DNA of 64,000 bases from Candidatus Giovannonibacteria bacterium RIFOXYD1_FULL_48_21 (GCA_001778985.1 MFIU01000001.1:190934-254933), one strand, 5' to 3'; counted from the stretch's first letter, positions 19,569-27,874 are shown. Notes: generated by a model not told the origin, from the sequence alone. Numbers and translations are program-made.

Positions 19569-19622
19569 AGCACGGAGCTTATACCTCCGCGGTTCTAGGT
19601 TCAAATCCTAGCAGGCGCACCA
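19548..19622 (+). tRNA. tRNA-Ile(UAU)
   Basis: GCGCCTG/CAGGCGC acceptor, anticodon arm CGGAG-CTTATAC-CTCCG, GGTTCAAATCC, A-CCA end; overlaps the ftsH 3' end. Confidence 0.92.
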
Positions 19623-19623
19623 A

Positions 19624-19694
19624 AACTTGACTTTAGACACGCTCAAAAAATTGCGAAAGCCCTCGAGATAAGTGTTGATGATTTAATCAAATAA
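19624..19694 (+). pseudogene. C-terminal remnant of an XRE-family HTH gene
   Basis: Reads NLTLDTLKK then (after a 1-nt shift) IAKALEISVDDLIK*; no N-terminus. Confidence 0.65.
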
Positions 19695-19698
19695 TTTT

Positions 19699-20355
19699 AT
19701 GGGATTTTTCAATTTTTCGAAATATAACGATATGGAAAAGGCCATGCTCGATATGTATTCCCAAATGTTGAGTATGCGGGGCATTCCATCTTCTGAGGCG
19801 AAAAAGCTAACAGAGGATATGCTCGATCAGGCAATCGAGGAATCTAAAAAAGATGGGACTTACAATCTCCCTCAAAATTTGGGCGATATCATTTTTGGAG
19901 ACGTGGGTACAGATAATCTAACTATCAAAAAAATTGCAGAGAGTATTCGACAGAAATTACCTTACAAAAAAGAAGAGGGTGTTCGAGATCAAGATGTTCG
20001 GTGGTGGTGGAATTTGAATGATATTGAGCGTCGAATGATGCTGAAACAAGATGACGCCGCTCGCATGACACTAATTCTCCACGAACTCGAAAATAGTACC
20101 GAGCCATCTAAAGAAAAGGCATTCGACACCGCAACTATAAAGGTGCGGAAATTTCATCCTATCTACGGCGACCCCAAAGATACCGCCCATACTAAAGGCG
20201 AAGATCGACCATTGCCTTATGAACTAAAAGACAGGATCAATATCTATATTGAAAAGAGGGCAAAAGAGAGTTCTGGAAATTATAAAGCAGAAATTGAGAA
20301 AGCAACTACTTTCAACGCGCTCGTTAGAAAAGAAATTCGAGCGGGGAAACTTTAA
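19699..20355 (+). CDS. Hypothetical protein (AT-rich islet)
   Basis: 218-aa ORF, no motif recognised. Confidence 0.75.
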   Translation: MGFFNFSKYNDMEKAMLDMYSQMLSMRGIPSSEAKKLTEDMLDQAIEESKKDGTYNLPQNLGDIIFGDVGTDNLTIKKIAESIRQKLPYKKEEGVRDQDVRWWWNLNDIERRMMLKQDDAARMTLILHELENSTEPSKEKAFDTATIKVRKFHPIYGDPKDTAHTKGEDRPLPYELKDRINIYIEKRAKESSGNYKAEIEKATTFNALVRKEIRAGKL

Positions 20356-20370
20356 TAATTAGTAAAATTT

Positions 20371-20772
20371 ATGCAACAAGGTCTTATAGTAAAACCAGAT
20401 ATAGAAGAGGAGGATTTGAATAGATTGGTTCAGGTGGTGTATAAAAATGGGTGCACTTATATATCAGTTGTTACCCCGCATAATGAATCGACCCGTCTGA
20501 CAGCTAGAGTGGAGAGGGCAGAGGGGTTTAATCGTGTGGAAATTGATATGCGTAGTTGTAATTGGAATATCAGTGAGGCGGGACAAGGGGTTTTTATTAA
20601 ATTAGCAGAAGATTGGCCGGAGGATATAAAAAACGCGTATTGTGGTAAAAGTATCATGCGGGTTTATATAAAACATGATGACGAAAAAATGTGGGGAGTA
20701 GGATTATGGTTGATGTACATGTTAAAAGTTTTAGCAAAAGGCGAGAATCTGGAGGAAGTAAAATTATCCTAA
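20371..20772 (+). CDS. Hypothetical protein (AT-rich islet)
   Basis: 133-aa ORF, no motif recognised. Confidence 0.65.
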   Translation: MQQGLIVKPDIEEEDLNRLVQVVYKNGCTYISVVTPHNESTRLTARVERAEGFNRVEIDMRSCNWNISEAGQGVFIKLAEDWPEDIKNAYCGKSIMRVYIKHDDEKMWGVGLWLMYMLKVLAKGENLEEVKLS

Positions 20773-20859
20773 AAGTTTTGAAAGGAATAATGATTGGTTT
20801 TAAATTTGATGGCGAAAAAATTTTGGCCTCCCGCGAGGGCGCGGTTGTATAATTACACT

Positions 20860-22422
20860 ATGGCCTACCCCTATCTCCACTTGGCGCATGCGCCGGAATT
20901 GAAAGGAAAAGACTGGATAATTTTTAGGTTTCTAGAAATTTTTCCCGGAGGAATCGCGTGGCTGACGCTTGTGGGGATGGTTTTAGTTTCGTGGCTCGCT
21001 CCGGTCGCGGGGGCGATTTTTATAATTCTTTTTGATTTATATTGGCTTATAAAAACCATCTATCTTTCAATTCATCTTCGCGGAAATTGGAAGAGATTGC
21101 GGCATAATTTAAAGATTGATTGGAAAGAGCGCGTCCAAAAATTATGCTGGGAGCACGTCTGGCAGGTGGTCATTCTGCCCTTTTATAAAGAGTCTTATGA
21201 AGTGATAGAAAGTTCATTCCAAGCTCTCGTTAAATCAGATTGGCCCAAAGAGCGGATGATTTTAGTTCTGGCCAGGGAAGAGAAAGGAGGCGAGGGAACG
21301 CGCGAGACAATTTGGAAAATCCGCGAAAAATACAAAAATCAGTTTCCGCATTTTCTGGAAACCAAACATCCCGTAAACCTCGAAGGCGAGATTCCCGGCA
21401 AAGGCTCCAATGCCGCTTGGGCCGGACGCGAAGTAAAAAAATATATTGATAAACTCAATGTTCCTTACGGCGATATTCTTGTTTCGTCCCTGGATATCGA
21501 CACCCAGGTTCCTGAGCAATATTTTTTGGTCTTGGCCTATCATTTTCTGACGGTGGAAAATCCGCATCGGACCGCTTACCAGCCGGTTCCGGTCTACAAC
21601 AATAATATTTGGGAAGCGCCATCTTTCTCGCGCGTGGTCGCGAACTCCGGAACTTTCTGGCAAATGATGCAGCAGGAGCGTCCGGAAAGGCTGGCAACTT
21701 TCTCTTCGCACTCCATGAGTTTTAAGGCGCTCGTCGAGCTCGATTTTTGGCAGAGAAACATGGTTTCCGAAGATTCAAGAATTTTCTGGCAGGGATTTCT
21801 CTATTATAAAGGCGATTACAAATCTCAACCTATCGCTTATCCGGTCTGGATGGACGCGCCCATTGGCAGAAATCTCTGGGAAACCGCGCAAAGTGTCTAT
21901 AAACAGCAGAGGCGCTGGGCCTGGGGCGTGGAGAATTTTCCGTACACTCTTTTCGGATTTTTGAAAATTCCTGAAATTCCCTTGCGAAAAAAACTTTATT
22001 TCACCCTGATTATGTTTGAGGGGCTTTGGTCTTGGTCCACGAACGCGATTTTGATGTTTTTCTTGGGCTGGCTTCCTTTGATTCTTGGGGGCGAAGCTTT
22101 TAACTCAACTATTCTCTCCTACAATCTGCCGCGCGCGACGAGACTGATTATGACCTTAGCCATGGTCGGGATTATAACTTCCATCGTAATTTCGACTTCG
22201 CTTCTGCCGCCCCGTCCGGAGAAGACGCCTCGCCGAAAATATCTTTACATGATTTTGCAGTGGCTTTTGATGCCCGTGACTCTAATTTTCTTCGGCGCGA
22301 TTCCGGCGCTCGACGCCCAAACCCGCTTAATGCTCGGCAAGTACATGGGTTTCTGGGTGACGCCTAAATATAGAAAGACTCCGGAGTTTATTCGAAATGA
22401 AGCGATGCGGACTGCGCGCTGA
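20860..22422 (+). CDS. Membrane-bound family 2 glycosyltransferase (processive-type)
   Basis: ILPFYKE, GKGSNA, DID, SED, QQRRWAWG motifs with flanking TMs; ATG 20860 lies just after a TATAAT. Confidence 0.85.
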   Translation: MAYPYLHLAHAPELKGKDWIIFRFLEIFPGGIAWLTLVGMVLVSWLAPVAGAIFIILFDLYWLIKTIYLSIHLRGNWKRLRHNLKIDWKERVQKLCWEHVWQVVILPFYKESYEVIESSFQALVKSDWPKERMILVLAREEKGGEGTRETIWKIREKYKNQFPHFLETKHPVNLEGEIPGKGSNAAWAGREVKKYIDKLNVPYGDILVSSLDIDTQVPEQYFLVLAYHFLTVENPHRTAYQPVPVYNNNIWEAPSFSRVVANSGTFWQMMQQERPERLATFSSHSMSFKALVELDFWQRNMVSEDSRIFWQGFLYYKGDYKSQPIAYPVWMDAPIGRNLWETAQSVYKQQRRWAWGVENFPYTLFGFLKIPEIPLRKKLYFTLIMFEGLWSWSTNAILMFFLGWLPLILGGEAFNSTILSYNLPRATRLIMTLAMVGIITSIVISTSLLPPRPEKTPRRKYLYMILQWLLMPVTLIFFGAIPALDAQTRLMLGKYMGFWVTPKYRKTPEFIRNEAMRTAR

Positions 22423-24535
22423 CGCGCCGTGCCAACTCGGGATATTTTTGAATCGAATTCGCTTCAATTATTTTCCTGGCTTCTTCTCTGGCGGCTTCCA
22501 CCATTTTGATATTTTTTAAAGCTTCCATGCCGACGTCAGAGATGCCCCATTGTTTTTGGCCGGTTAGTTCGCCTGGGCCGCGAAGCTCTAGGTCATATTC
22601 CGCAAGCTCGAATCCGGACTTGGCTTCCAAAAGCGCTTGAAGCCGCGCCTTTGTTTTTTGCGAATTTGATTCCGTGAACAAGAAGCAATAGGGCTGATGT
22701 TCCGAGCGCATCACGCGTCCCCGAAGCTGGTGCAGTTGCGCGAGACCGAAGCGTTCGGCGCCTTCAATCAAAATAATTGTTGCGTTCGGGACATCCACGC
22801 CGACCTCGATGACGGAAGTCGCCACCAAAAGCTGGATTTTTCCCTCCCGAAATTCTTTCATTATTTTTTCTTTTTCTTTGGGTTTGAGCTTTCCGTGGAG
22901 CATCGCGACCTTAAACTCCGGGAAAATATTTTCCGAAAGAGTTTTATATTCTTTTTTTACGGCGCGCATCTCTGGAAGTCCGACTTCCCGGAGAAGTCGG
23001 ACTTCCTCGGATTCAATCCGCGGGCAGAGAACGTAGGCCTGGCGCCCGAATGAAATTTTTTTCCGGACGTGCTCGTAGGCATGTTTTCGTTTCTCGGGGG
23101 CGATAATCTCGGTAATTATTTTTTTTCTTCCAGCTGGCATCTCGTCCAAAAGCGTTAAATCCAAATCTCCGTAAATTGTAAGCGCCAAAGTTCGAGGGAT
23201 TGGGGTCGCAGTCATGGACAAAAGATGGGGAATCTGCCCGCCGGCAGGCAGGTTTTCTTCGTGACCTTTTTGCGTCAATTTCAAGCGCTGATTTATGCCA
23301 AAGCGATGCTGTTCGTCCACGATCACCAGCGCCAGTTTTTTGAATTTTATTTTTTCCTGAATCAAAGAATGGGTGCCGATTAAAATTTGAATCTCACCCG
23401 ATGCTAACCATTTCAAGAGGGGAGCGCGCGCAATGTGAGTCGGTTTCCCGGCGAAAGCTTTGGAGGGATATTTTAAAAATTCTGAAGAGGTAGCCAAGCC
23501 TATTTTTATATTCAACTGCTTAAAACGGCGGATGAATTCTTCAAAATGCTGGCGCGCCAAAACCTCGGTCGGCGCCATGTAGGCCACCTGAAAATTGTTC
23601 TGGACGGCGGCAAAACTCGCCACGGCCGCGACCGCGGTTTTTCCGGAACCGACATCTCCTTCCAAGAGTCTGGACATCGGCTTCGCTCGGCCCAGATCTT
23701 CGAGAATATGTTCGCTGGCTCGTTTTTGGGCGCCGGTCAGTTCGAAAGGGAAGGCTTTTACGAAATCTTTAATTTTTTCCGGCTCAATGGCTATCTGATA
23801 CGAAGGATGTTCATCGCGTTTTTTGCGCCAGGCTTGCCGGATTAGCTGGATTATGAAAATTTCTTCAAAGGCGAAGCGCTTTCTGGCGGCCTCGGCCCAT
23901 TTCAAATTCCGCGGGAAGTGAATTTCTTTTATGGCCGATTTTAAGGAGGGGAGATTGTATTTTTTTAAAATTTCTTCCGGAATGGAGTCTTTTAGGGAAG
24001 TCGGACTTCCACTTGGAAGTCCGACTTCCAAGTGGTCCAAAATTCGTTTTATTGCAAAGCGGAGCCAGCGCGAAGTGAGGCCCCGCGTCTCCGGGTAAAT
24101 TGGTACAAGTATTCCAGACTCATTCGCGGTTATCTCTCCTGCTTCAAACACGGGATTCATCATGGAAAGCCCGTTTTTATCTCGTTTTATGGTTCCAGTG
24201 AAAGTGTAGTCGGTATTGGGTTTTAAGATATTAACCATATATGGCTGGTTGAACCAGACAATTTTTAAAGAGCCGGTGCCGTCAGAAATCAAAGTCTGGG
24301 CAAGGCTGATTTTTTTGCGAAAGGTTTTTTTGGCTTCGGTTTTAATCACACGGCCGTGCACCGAGGCCCGTTCGCCCGCGACTAAATCCGCGACAGCTTT
24401 TCTGCCGGCAAACCCTTCGTATCTTACGGGAAAATGCCACAATAAATCACGGACTATTTGGAGTCCGAACTTTTTTAAAATTAGAATTTGTCTCTCGGTC
24501 AGGCGAAAATAATTCGAGAGCGGGGAGTCGAGCAT
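22388..24535 (-). CDS. recG: ATP-dependent DNA helicase RecG
   Basis: GDVGSGKT, DEQHRFG, TATPIPRTL, QLHQLRGRV, DLELRGPGE. Confidence 0.97.
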   Translation of the reverse strand: MLDSPLSNYFRLTERQILILKKFGLQIVRDLLWHFPVRYEGFAGRKAVADLVAGERASVHGRVIKTEAKKTFRKKISLAQTLISDGTGSLKIVWFNQPYMVNILKPNTDYTFTGTIKRDKNGLSMMNPVFEAGEITANESGILVPIYPETRGLTSRWLRFAIKRILDHLEVGLPSGSPTSLKDSIPEEILKKYNLPSLKSAIKEIHFPRNLKWAEAARKRFAFEEIFIIQLIRQAWRKKRDEHPSYQIAIEPEKIKDFVKAFPFELTGAQKRASEHILEDLGRAKPMSRLLEGDVGSGKTAVAAVASFAAVQNNFQVAYMAPTEVLARQHFEEFIRRFKQLNIKIGLATSSEFLKYPSKAFAGKPTHIARAPLLKWLASGEIQILIGTHSLIQEKIKFKKLALVIVDEQHRFGINQRLKLTQKGHEENLPAGGQIPHLLSMTATPIPRTLALTIYGDLDLTLLDEMPAGRKKIITEIIAPEKRKHAYEHVRKKISFGRQAYVLCPRIESEEVRLLREVGLPEMRAVKKEYKTLSENIFPEFKVAMLHGKLKPKEKEKIMKEFREGKIQLLVATSVIEVGVDVPNATIILIEGAERFGLAQLHQLRGRVMRSEHQPYCFLFTESNSQKTKARLQALLEAKSGFELAEYDLELRGPGELTGQKQWGISDVGMEALKNIKMVEAAREEARKIIEANSIQKYPELARRVSAQSASLHFE
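22974..23006. repeat. REP-like doublet inside recG
   Basis: GGAAGTCCGACTTCC-CGG-AGAAGTCGGACTTCC; translated in frame as EVRLLREVGLP. Confidence 0.88.
23996..24035. repeat. REP-like doublet inside recG
   Basis: GGAAGTCGGACTTCC-ACTT-GGAAGTCCGACTTCC; translated in frame as EVGLPSGSPTS. Confidence 0.88.
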
Positions 24536-24555
24536 GAGATTATTTTACACTTTTG

Positions 24556-24627
24556 CGCCCTCGAGAGGAATTGAACCTCTATCACAAGCTCCGCAAGCTT
24601 GCATTCTGTCCGTTGAACTACGAGGGC
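24556..24627 (-). tRNA. tRNA-Arg(GCG)
   Basis: GCCCTCG/CGAGGGC acceptor, anticodon arm CAAGC-TTGCGGA-GCTTG, GGTTCAATTCC. Confidence 0.93.
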
Positions 24628-24887
24628 AAATTAATAAGTTTTGGAAGTGCGCGTTTGATGTAATTTATATCAATAATTTTTCGATTTTCATCCATTTCAT
24701 AGAAAATTCGATAAGCTCCTACCCGACGGCGCCACTCGTTTTCTTTATCTTTCATCTTGGCGATATCTCCAGAATAAGGATTTACGGCCAGTTCTTGAAA
24801 AGCAAGGAAAACCCGTTCCGCGTCTTTTTTCGGAATCTTTCTGAGGAATTTTCTGGAAGACTTACTTATTATTAATTTCCAACTCAC
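24618..24887 (-). CDS. RelE/ParE family toxin, probably frameshifted near the C-terminus
   Basis: NPYSGDIAKMK..WRRRVGAYRIFY; GTG start; current frame runs into the tRNA. Confidence 0.8.
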   Translation of the reverse strand: MSWKLIISKSSRKFLRKIPKKDAERVFLAFQELAVNPYSGDIAKMKDKENEWRRRVGAYRIFYEMDENRKIIDINYIKRALPKLINLPS

Positions 24888-25095
24888 GCTGCAGTTCCTC
24901 AAGAGTTACATATTCGCCTCGTGCAATTTCACGGCGTCCTCTTTCAACGGCTTTTTTTTCTGCCGTGGTCGACTTGAAGGTTCTGGCAGATTTTATCTTT
25001 CTCTGCCATTCCAAAAACTCCTCGTAGGTCTTTCTGGAAATAGCTATGAGTTTTTCGTTCTGATTAACTCCTCTAGGAATGGTAATTATTGGCAT
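24862..25095 (-). CDS. Putative antitoxin
   Basis: 77 aa, overlaps the toxin; ERGRREIARGEYVTLEEL C-terminus typical of RelE partners. Confidence 0.75.
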   Translation of the reverse strand: MPIITIPRGVNQNEKLIAISRKTYEEFLEWQRKIKSARTFKSTTAEKKAVERGRREIARGEYVTLEELQRELEINNK

Positions 25096-25107
25096 AGATA
25101 TACTCTA

Positions 25108-25578
25108 TCAAAACCTGAAAAATCGCGCAATCGTGTCGAAGAGCGATTCTTCAATTTCCTTCTCCTCCAGGAATTTTATCAAATGCTCGCGGACTTCGTT
25201 GGGGTCGGCTTGGCCGAGCGGAATCGAAATCTGCGGCTGAAAAGTTTTTTTTGAAATCAGATATAATTCGCGAACGTGCGGCGGGTCGTAGTTAATCCAG
25301 AAAAATTGCAAATTATCGTAAGGGTAAAGTTTGTCTTCGACTTTAATCCCGCGCGAGGTTATGGCGAAGTTTACGATTTTCGGCTGTTTCACCCCGTACA
25401 TCGCGACCGTGAAACCGCCCAAGAGAACCAGAATCGCGAAAAGAAAATTTTTAAGCAAAATCGCCAGGATTAGAAAGCCGAAAGCGATAATTCCCACGGC
25501 CCAGTACCAGTCCGGCGTTTTTTCCCGCAATTCGTGCTCCGGCGCCTCCCAGGACATTAAAACCAAAAATTCAGCCAT
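25108..25578 (-). CDS. Conserved hypothetical membrane protein (two TMs plus PH-like region)
   Basis: WEAPEH..EK..DWYW N-terminus, two TMs. Confidence 0.75.
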   Translation of the reverse strand: MAEFLVLMSWEAPEHELREKTPDWYWAVGIIAFGFLILAILLKNFLFAILVLLGGFTVAMYGVKQPKIVNFAITSRGIKVEDKLYPYDNLQFFWINYDPPHVRELYLISKKTFQPQISIPLGQADPNEVREHLIKFLEEKEIEESLFDTIARFFRF

Positions 25579-26018
25579 TACTTAAAGTATATCAGATTGC
25601 CGACTTGAATTCCTTTTTCCCGGGCCCTGCCGCCGCTGATTTCGAGAACATAGCGGACTGGGCCGGGCGGAGAGAAAGTTTTCGGAAAAGATTGGGGGGA
25701 AAGTTCCGGCTCGACCCCGATGACTTTCAGGTTTTCGTCAATCCAGACGATGTCAATCGCGAATTTCATGTCCTTCATCCAGAAAGAATAAAAATCCGGC
25801 TTTTCAAAAACAAAAAGCATCCCTTCATTTTCTCCGAGCGAGTTTCTGCCGGAAAGACCTCTGGTATATTCATGAGGTTCGTCCGCGACCTCGACCAAAA
25901 ACTCGGCTTCGTTGATTTTTATGAATTTCGTTTCAGACCCTTTCGGATAATTATAAAGAAATCCCGCGACCAGAAGAAAGAGCAGGAGAGCAAAAATTAA
26001 AATTATGGCGGGTTTCAT
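25578..26018 (-). CDS. DUF192 family protein
   Basis: VEVAD..RGLSGR..GMLFVF..FWMKDMKFAIDIVW..YVLEI. Confidence 0.9.
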   Translation of the reverse strand: MKPAIILIFALLLFLLVAGFLYNYPKGSETKFIKINEAEFLVEVADEPHEYTRGLSGRNSLGENEGMLFVFEKPDFYSFWMKDMKFAIDIVWIDENLKVIGVEPELSPQSFPKTFSPPGPVRYVLEISGGRAREKGIQVGNLIYFK

Positions 26019-26021
26019 TTT

Positions 26022-26208
26022 TGCGGGCCGCCCGAGTTAAATGCTCGGACAATACAAGCATTGTAAGGCTTCTCTGGCGGTTTTGTCACGTTTCAATTTG
26101 AGGCTCTATCGACCCAGAACGGTGTAGGTCGGTCTAGAACCAACTTTGAGCAAACCGTTACAGCGTTTTTTGAAAATTAACCTTTTGAGGTGGGGATCGG
26201 GGCTTGCT
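26022..26208. ncRNA. Putative structured RNA (6S-like rod), unconfirmed
   Basis: About 187-nt intergenic stretch with nested pairings (GCGGGCC/GGCTTGC ends; CGGTTT/AAACCG; GGCTCTA/TAGAACC; CGACC/GGTCG). Strand not resolved. Confidence 0.35.
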
Positions 26209-26209
26209 T

Positions 26210-26833
26210 CTATCCTAATCGTTGTTGATCGTTTAATGTAATAAGCTTCCAAGCATCCATTTCTTTTTCGCATAATGTCAGCGAGGTATTGTTGAGAAGG
26301 GTGAAATAAAAAAAGTTTCTAAAAATCTCATAGGATAGCTGATCGTCGAGCATCATGGTCGCAATAACCATTTTTATAAGATATTCATGAGATACCGCCA
26401 AAATATTTTTGGCAGGAAGCTCGGAAACGTATTTTATAAAAAGTTTGGCACGTTTTTTTATATCAAGAAAGTTTTCTTCATCGCTGTAATGCCAATTCGG
26501 ATCGGTATTATTTCTCTCTTTTAGTAGATCGAAAACTTTTTCAACTTCCGGATCTTTTAATAATTTGCCCTCGATTTCACTCGGCCACTTCTTTTCTCCC
26601 AGAAGAGTGGTTTCTTGAACGTCTTTATTAATTTTCCTAGCAATTATTTCTGCGGTTTCTTTTGTTCGCTTATGCGGACTGGCGATCATTACGTCAATTG
26701 AAACATGGGCGATTCGCTCGGCTAGTTCCTGGGCTTGCTTGCGTCCCAGTTCGGTTAGTTGGTCATTAAAACTTACTACGCTTTTTTGTAGATTGCTATT
26801 TGTTTCTCCGTGGCGCACAAAATATAGTTTCAT
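26210..26833 (-). CDS. Histidine phosphatase family protein
   Basis: YFVRHGET, SPHKRTKETA, VSH. Confidence 0.9.
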   Translation of the reverse strand: MKLYFVRHGETNSNLQKSVVSFNDQLTELGRKQAQELAERIAHVSIDVMIASPHKRTKETAEIIARKINKDVQETTLLGEKKWPSEIEGKLLKDPEVEKVFDLLKERNNTDPNWHYSDEENFLDIKKRAKLFIKYVSELPAKNILAVSHEYLIKMVIATMMLDDQLSYEIFRNFFYFTLLNNTSLTLCEKEMDAWKLITLNDQQRLG

Positions 26834-26889
26834 AAGATTTATTATTCGATTTTAACAGTTTTCGGTCCCTCGATAAAAAATGCTGTCTG

Positions 26890-26976
26890 CGGTAGGGGTG
26901 AGATTCGAACTCACGGTGCCATTTCTGACACAGCAGTTTTCAAGACTGCCGCCTTAAACCACTCGGCCACCCTACC
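26890..26976 (-). tRNA. tRNA-Ser(UGA)
   Basis: GGTAGGG/CCCTACC acceptor, GCAGT-CTTGAAA-ACTGC, long variable arm, GTTCGAATC. Confidence 0.96.
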
Positions 26977-26977
26977 G

Positions 26978-27235
26978 TTACTCTTTTAACGAGTCTGTTA
27001 ATCTCGATAATAAATGTCTTTTTTCGGTATATTTTTCTTTCAATTCTTTTTCTCTTTTGAAAGCATCATATTTACTTGTAAATGCTTCGTAATATATAAG
27101 CTTCCAAGGCCTCCCCCTTTTAGTTGAACTTACGCCTCCACTGTTATGTTCTACTAATCTTTTTTTGAGATCACCGGTACAACCTATATATTTTGTACCT
27201 GTGATACTGCTTTTAAGGAGATAGACGTAATGCAT
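26978..27235 (-). CDS. Small GIY-YIG nuclease
   Basis: YVYLLKS..KYIGCTGDLKKRLVEHNSG..WKLIYYEAF..AFKREKELK; stop is 1 nt before the tRNA. Confidence 0.92.
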   Translation of the reverse strand: MHYVYLLKSSITGTKYIGCTGDLKKRLVEHNSGGVSSTKRGRPWKLIYYEAFTSKYDAFKREKELKEKYTEKRHLLSRLTDSLKE

Positions 27236-27238
27236 TTT

Positions 27239-27293
27239 ATTCAACCACTCCCTCGGCCGTAGCCCGGCCTACGGGCGAGGCTGCCACCCCACC
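27239..27293 (-). pseudogene. Displaced 5' end of a tRNA-Ser interrupted by a 31-nt hairpin
   Basis: Removing 27251-27281 leaves GGTGGGGTGGCAGAGTGGTTGAAT, versus GGTAGGGTGGCCGAGTGGTTTAAG in the intact tRNA. Confidence 0.82.
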
Positions 27294-27294
27294 T

Positions 27295-27531
27295 TCATCG
27301 GCCGTATTTTTTTAGGCGGTAAGCGTCCGAGTGGTCTATCAGGTTTTCTTTATCGGCTCTGTCTATTATTTTGTTTAGCTCTTTTTTTGACAAACCAGAT
27401 GGTCGCAAAGTTTCTGGCTTGGCCATCTTAAAAAGCTCTTTCTTTTCTTTTGGGCCTAACTTCAATCCCTTGACTAAACCCTTAAGTTCTTTACTTGATT
27501 TGATATGACTTTTTTCGTCAAACAGTCCCAT
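27295..27531 (-). CDS. Small basic hypothetical protein
   Basis: 78-aa Lys-rich ORF. Confidence 0.65.
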   Translation of the reverse strand: MGLFDEKSHIKSSKELKGLVKGLKLGPKEKKELFKMAKPETLRPSGLSKKELNKIIDRADKENLIDHSDAYRLKKYGR

Positions 27532-27544
27532 GTTGTTATTTTAG

Positions 27545-27802
27545 TTATTTCTTAATAAAAGGCAATCGGATTAATTTCTTAAAGGCCTCTCCAGATTTAT
27601 AAGATTTGATCTCGATCTCTCTTTTTCTGGCAGACGTTTTGTCGGTCATGAATTCTTTATAAATTAGTTGCCACTGGCGGTAAGCTTTTGTGGAACGAAC
27701 CTTCCCAGCATTGTGAGACCTTAGTCTTTTATCCAGGTTTCCCGTGTATCCAATGTAGTGGCGCTGGAAATTTATACTTTTTAGGATATAGACCTCATAC
27801 AT
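27545..27802 (-). CDS. Small GIY-YIG nuclease
   Basis: VYILKS..HYIGYTGNLDKRLRSHNAG.VRSTKAYR.W...ARKREIEIKSYKSG. Confidence 0.92.
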   Translation of the reverse strand: MYEVYILKSINFQRHYIGYTGNLDKRLRSHNAGKVRSTKAYRQWQLIYKEFMTDKTSARKREIEIKSYKSGEAFKKLIRLPFIKK

Positions 27803-27874
27803 TTTTTAAGTATTTTCCCCGCTTGCTACTTTAAATATTTTAATCAAGGTAAGCGGGGTCACGCCTTCCGTGAA

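Noticed and set aside
26022-26208. tmRNA
   Set aside because: Too short, no canonical GGGG..CCA alanine acceptor or TTC T-loop, no clear tag frame.
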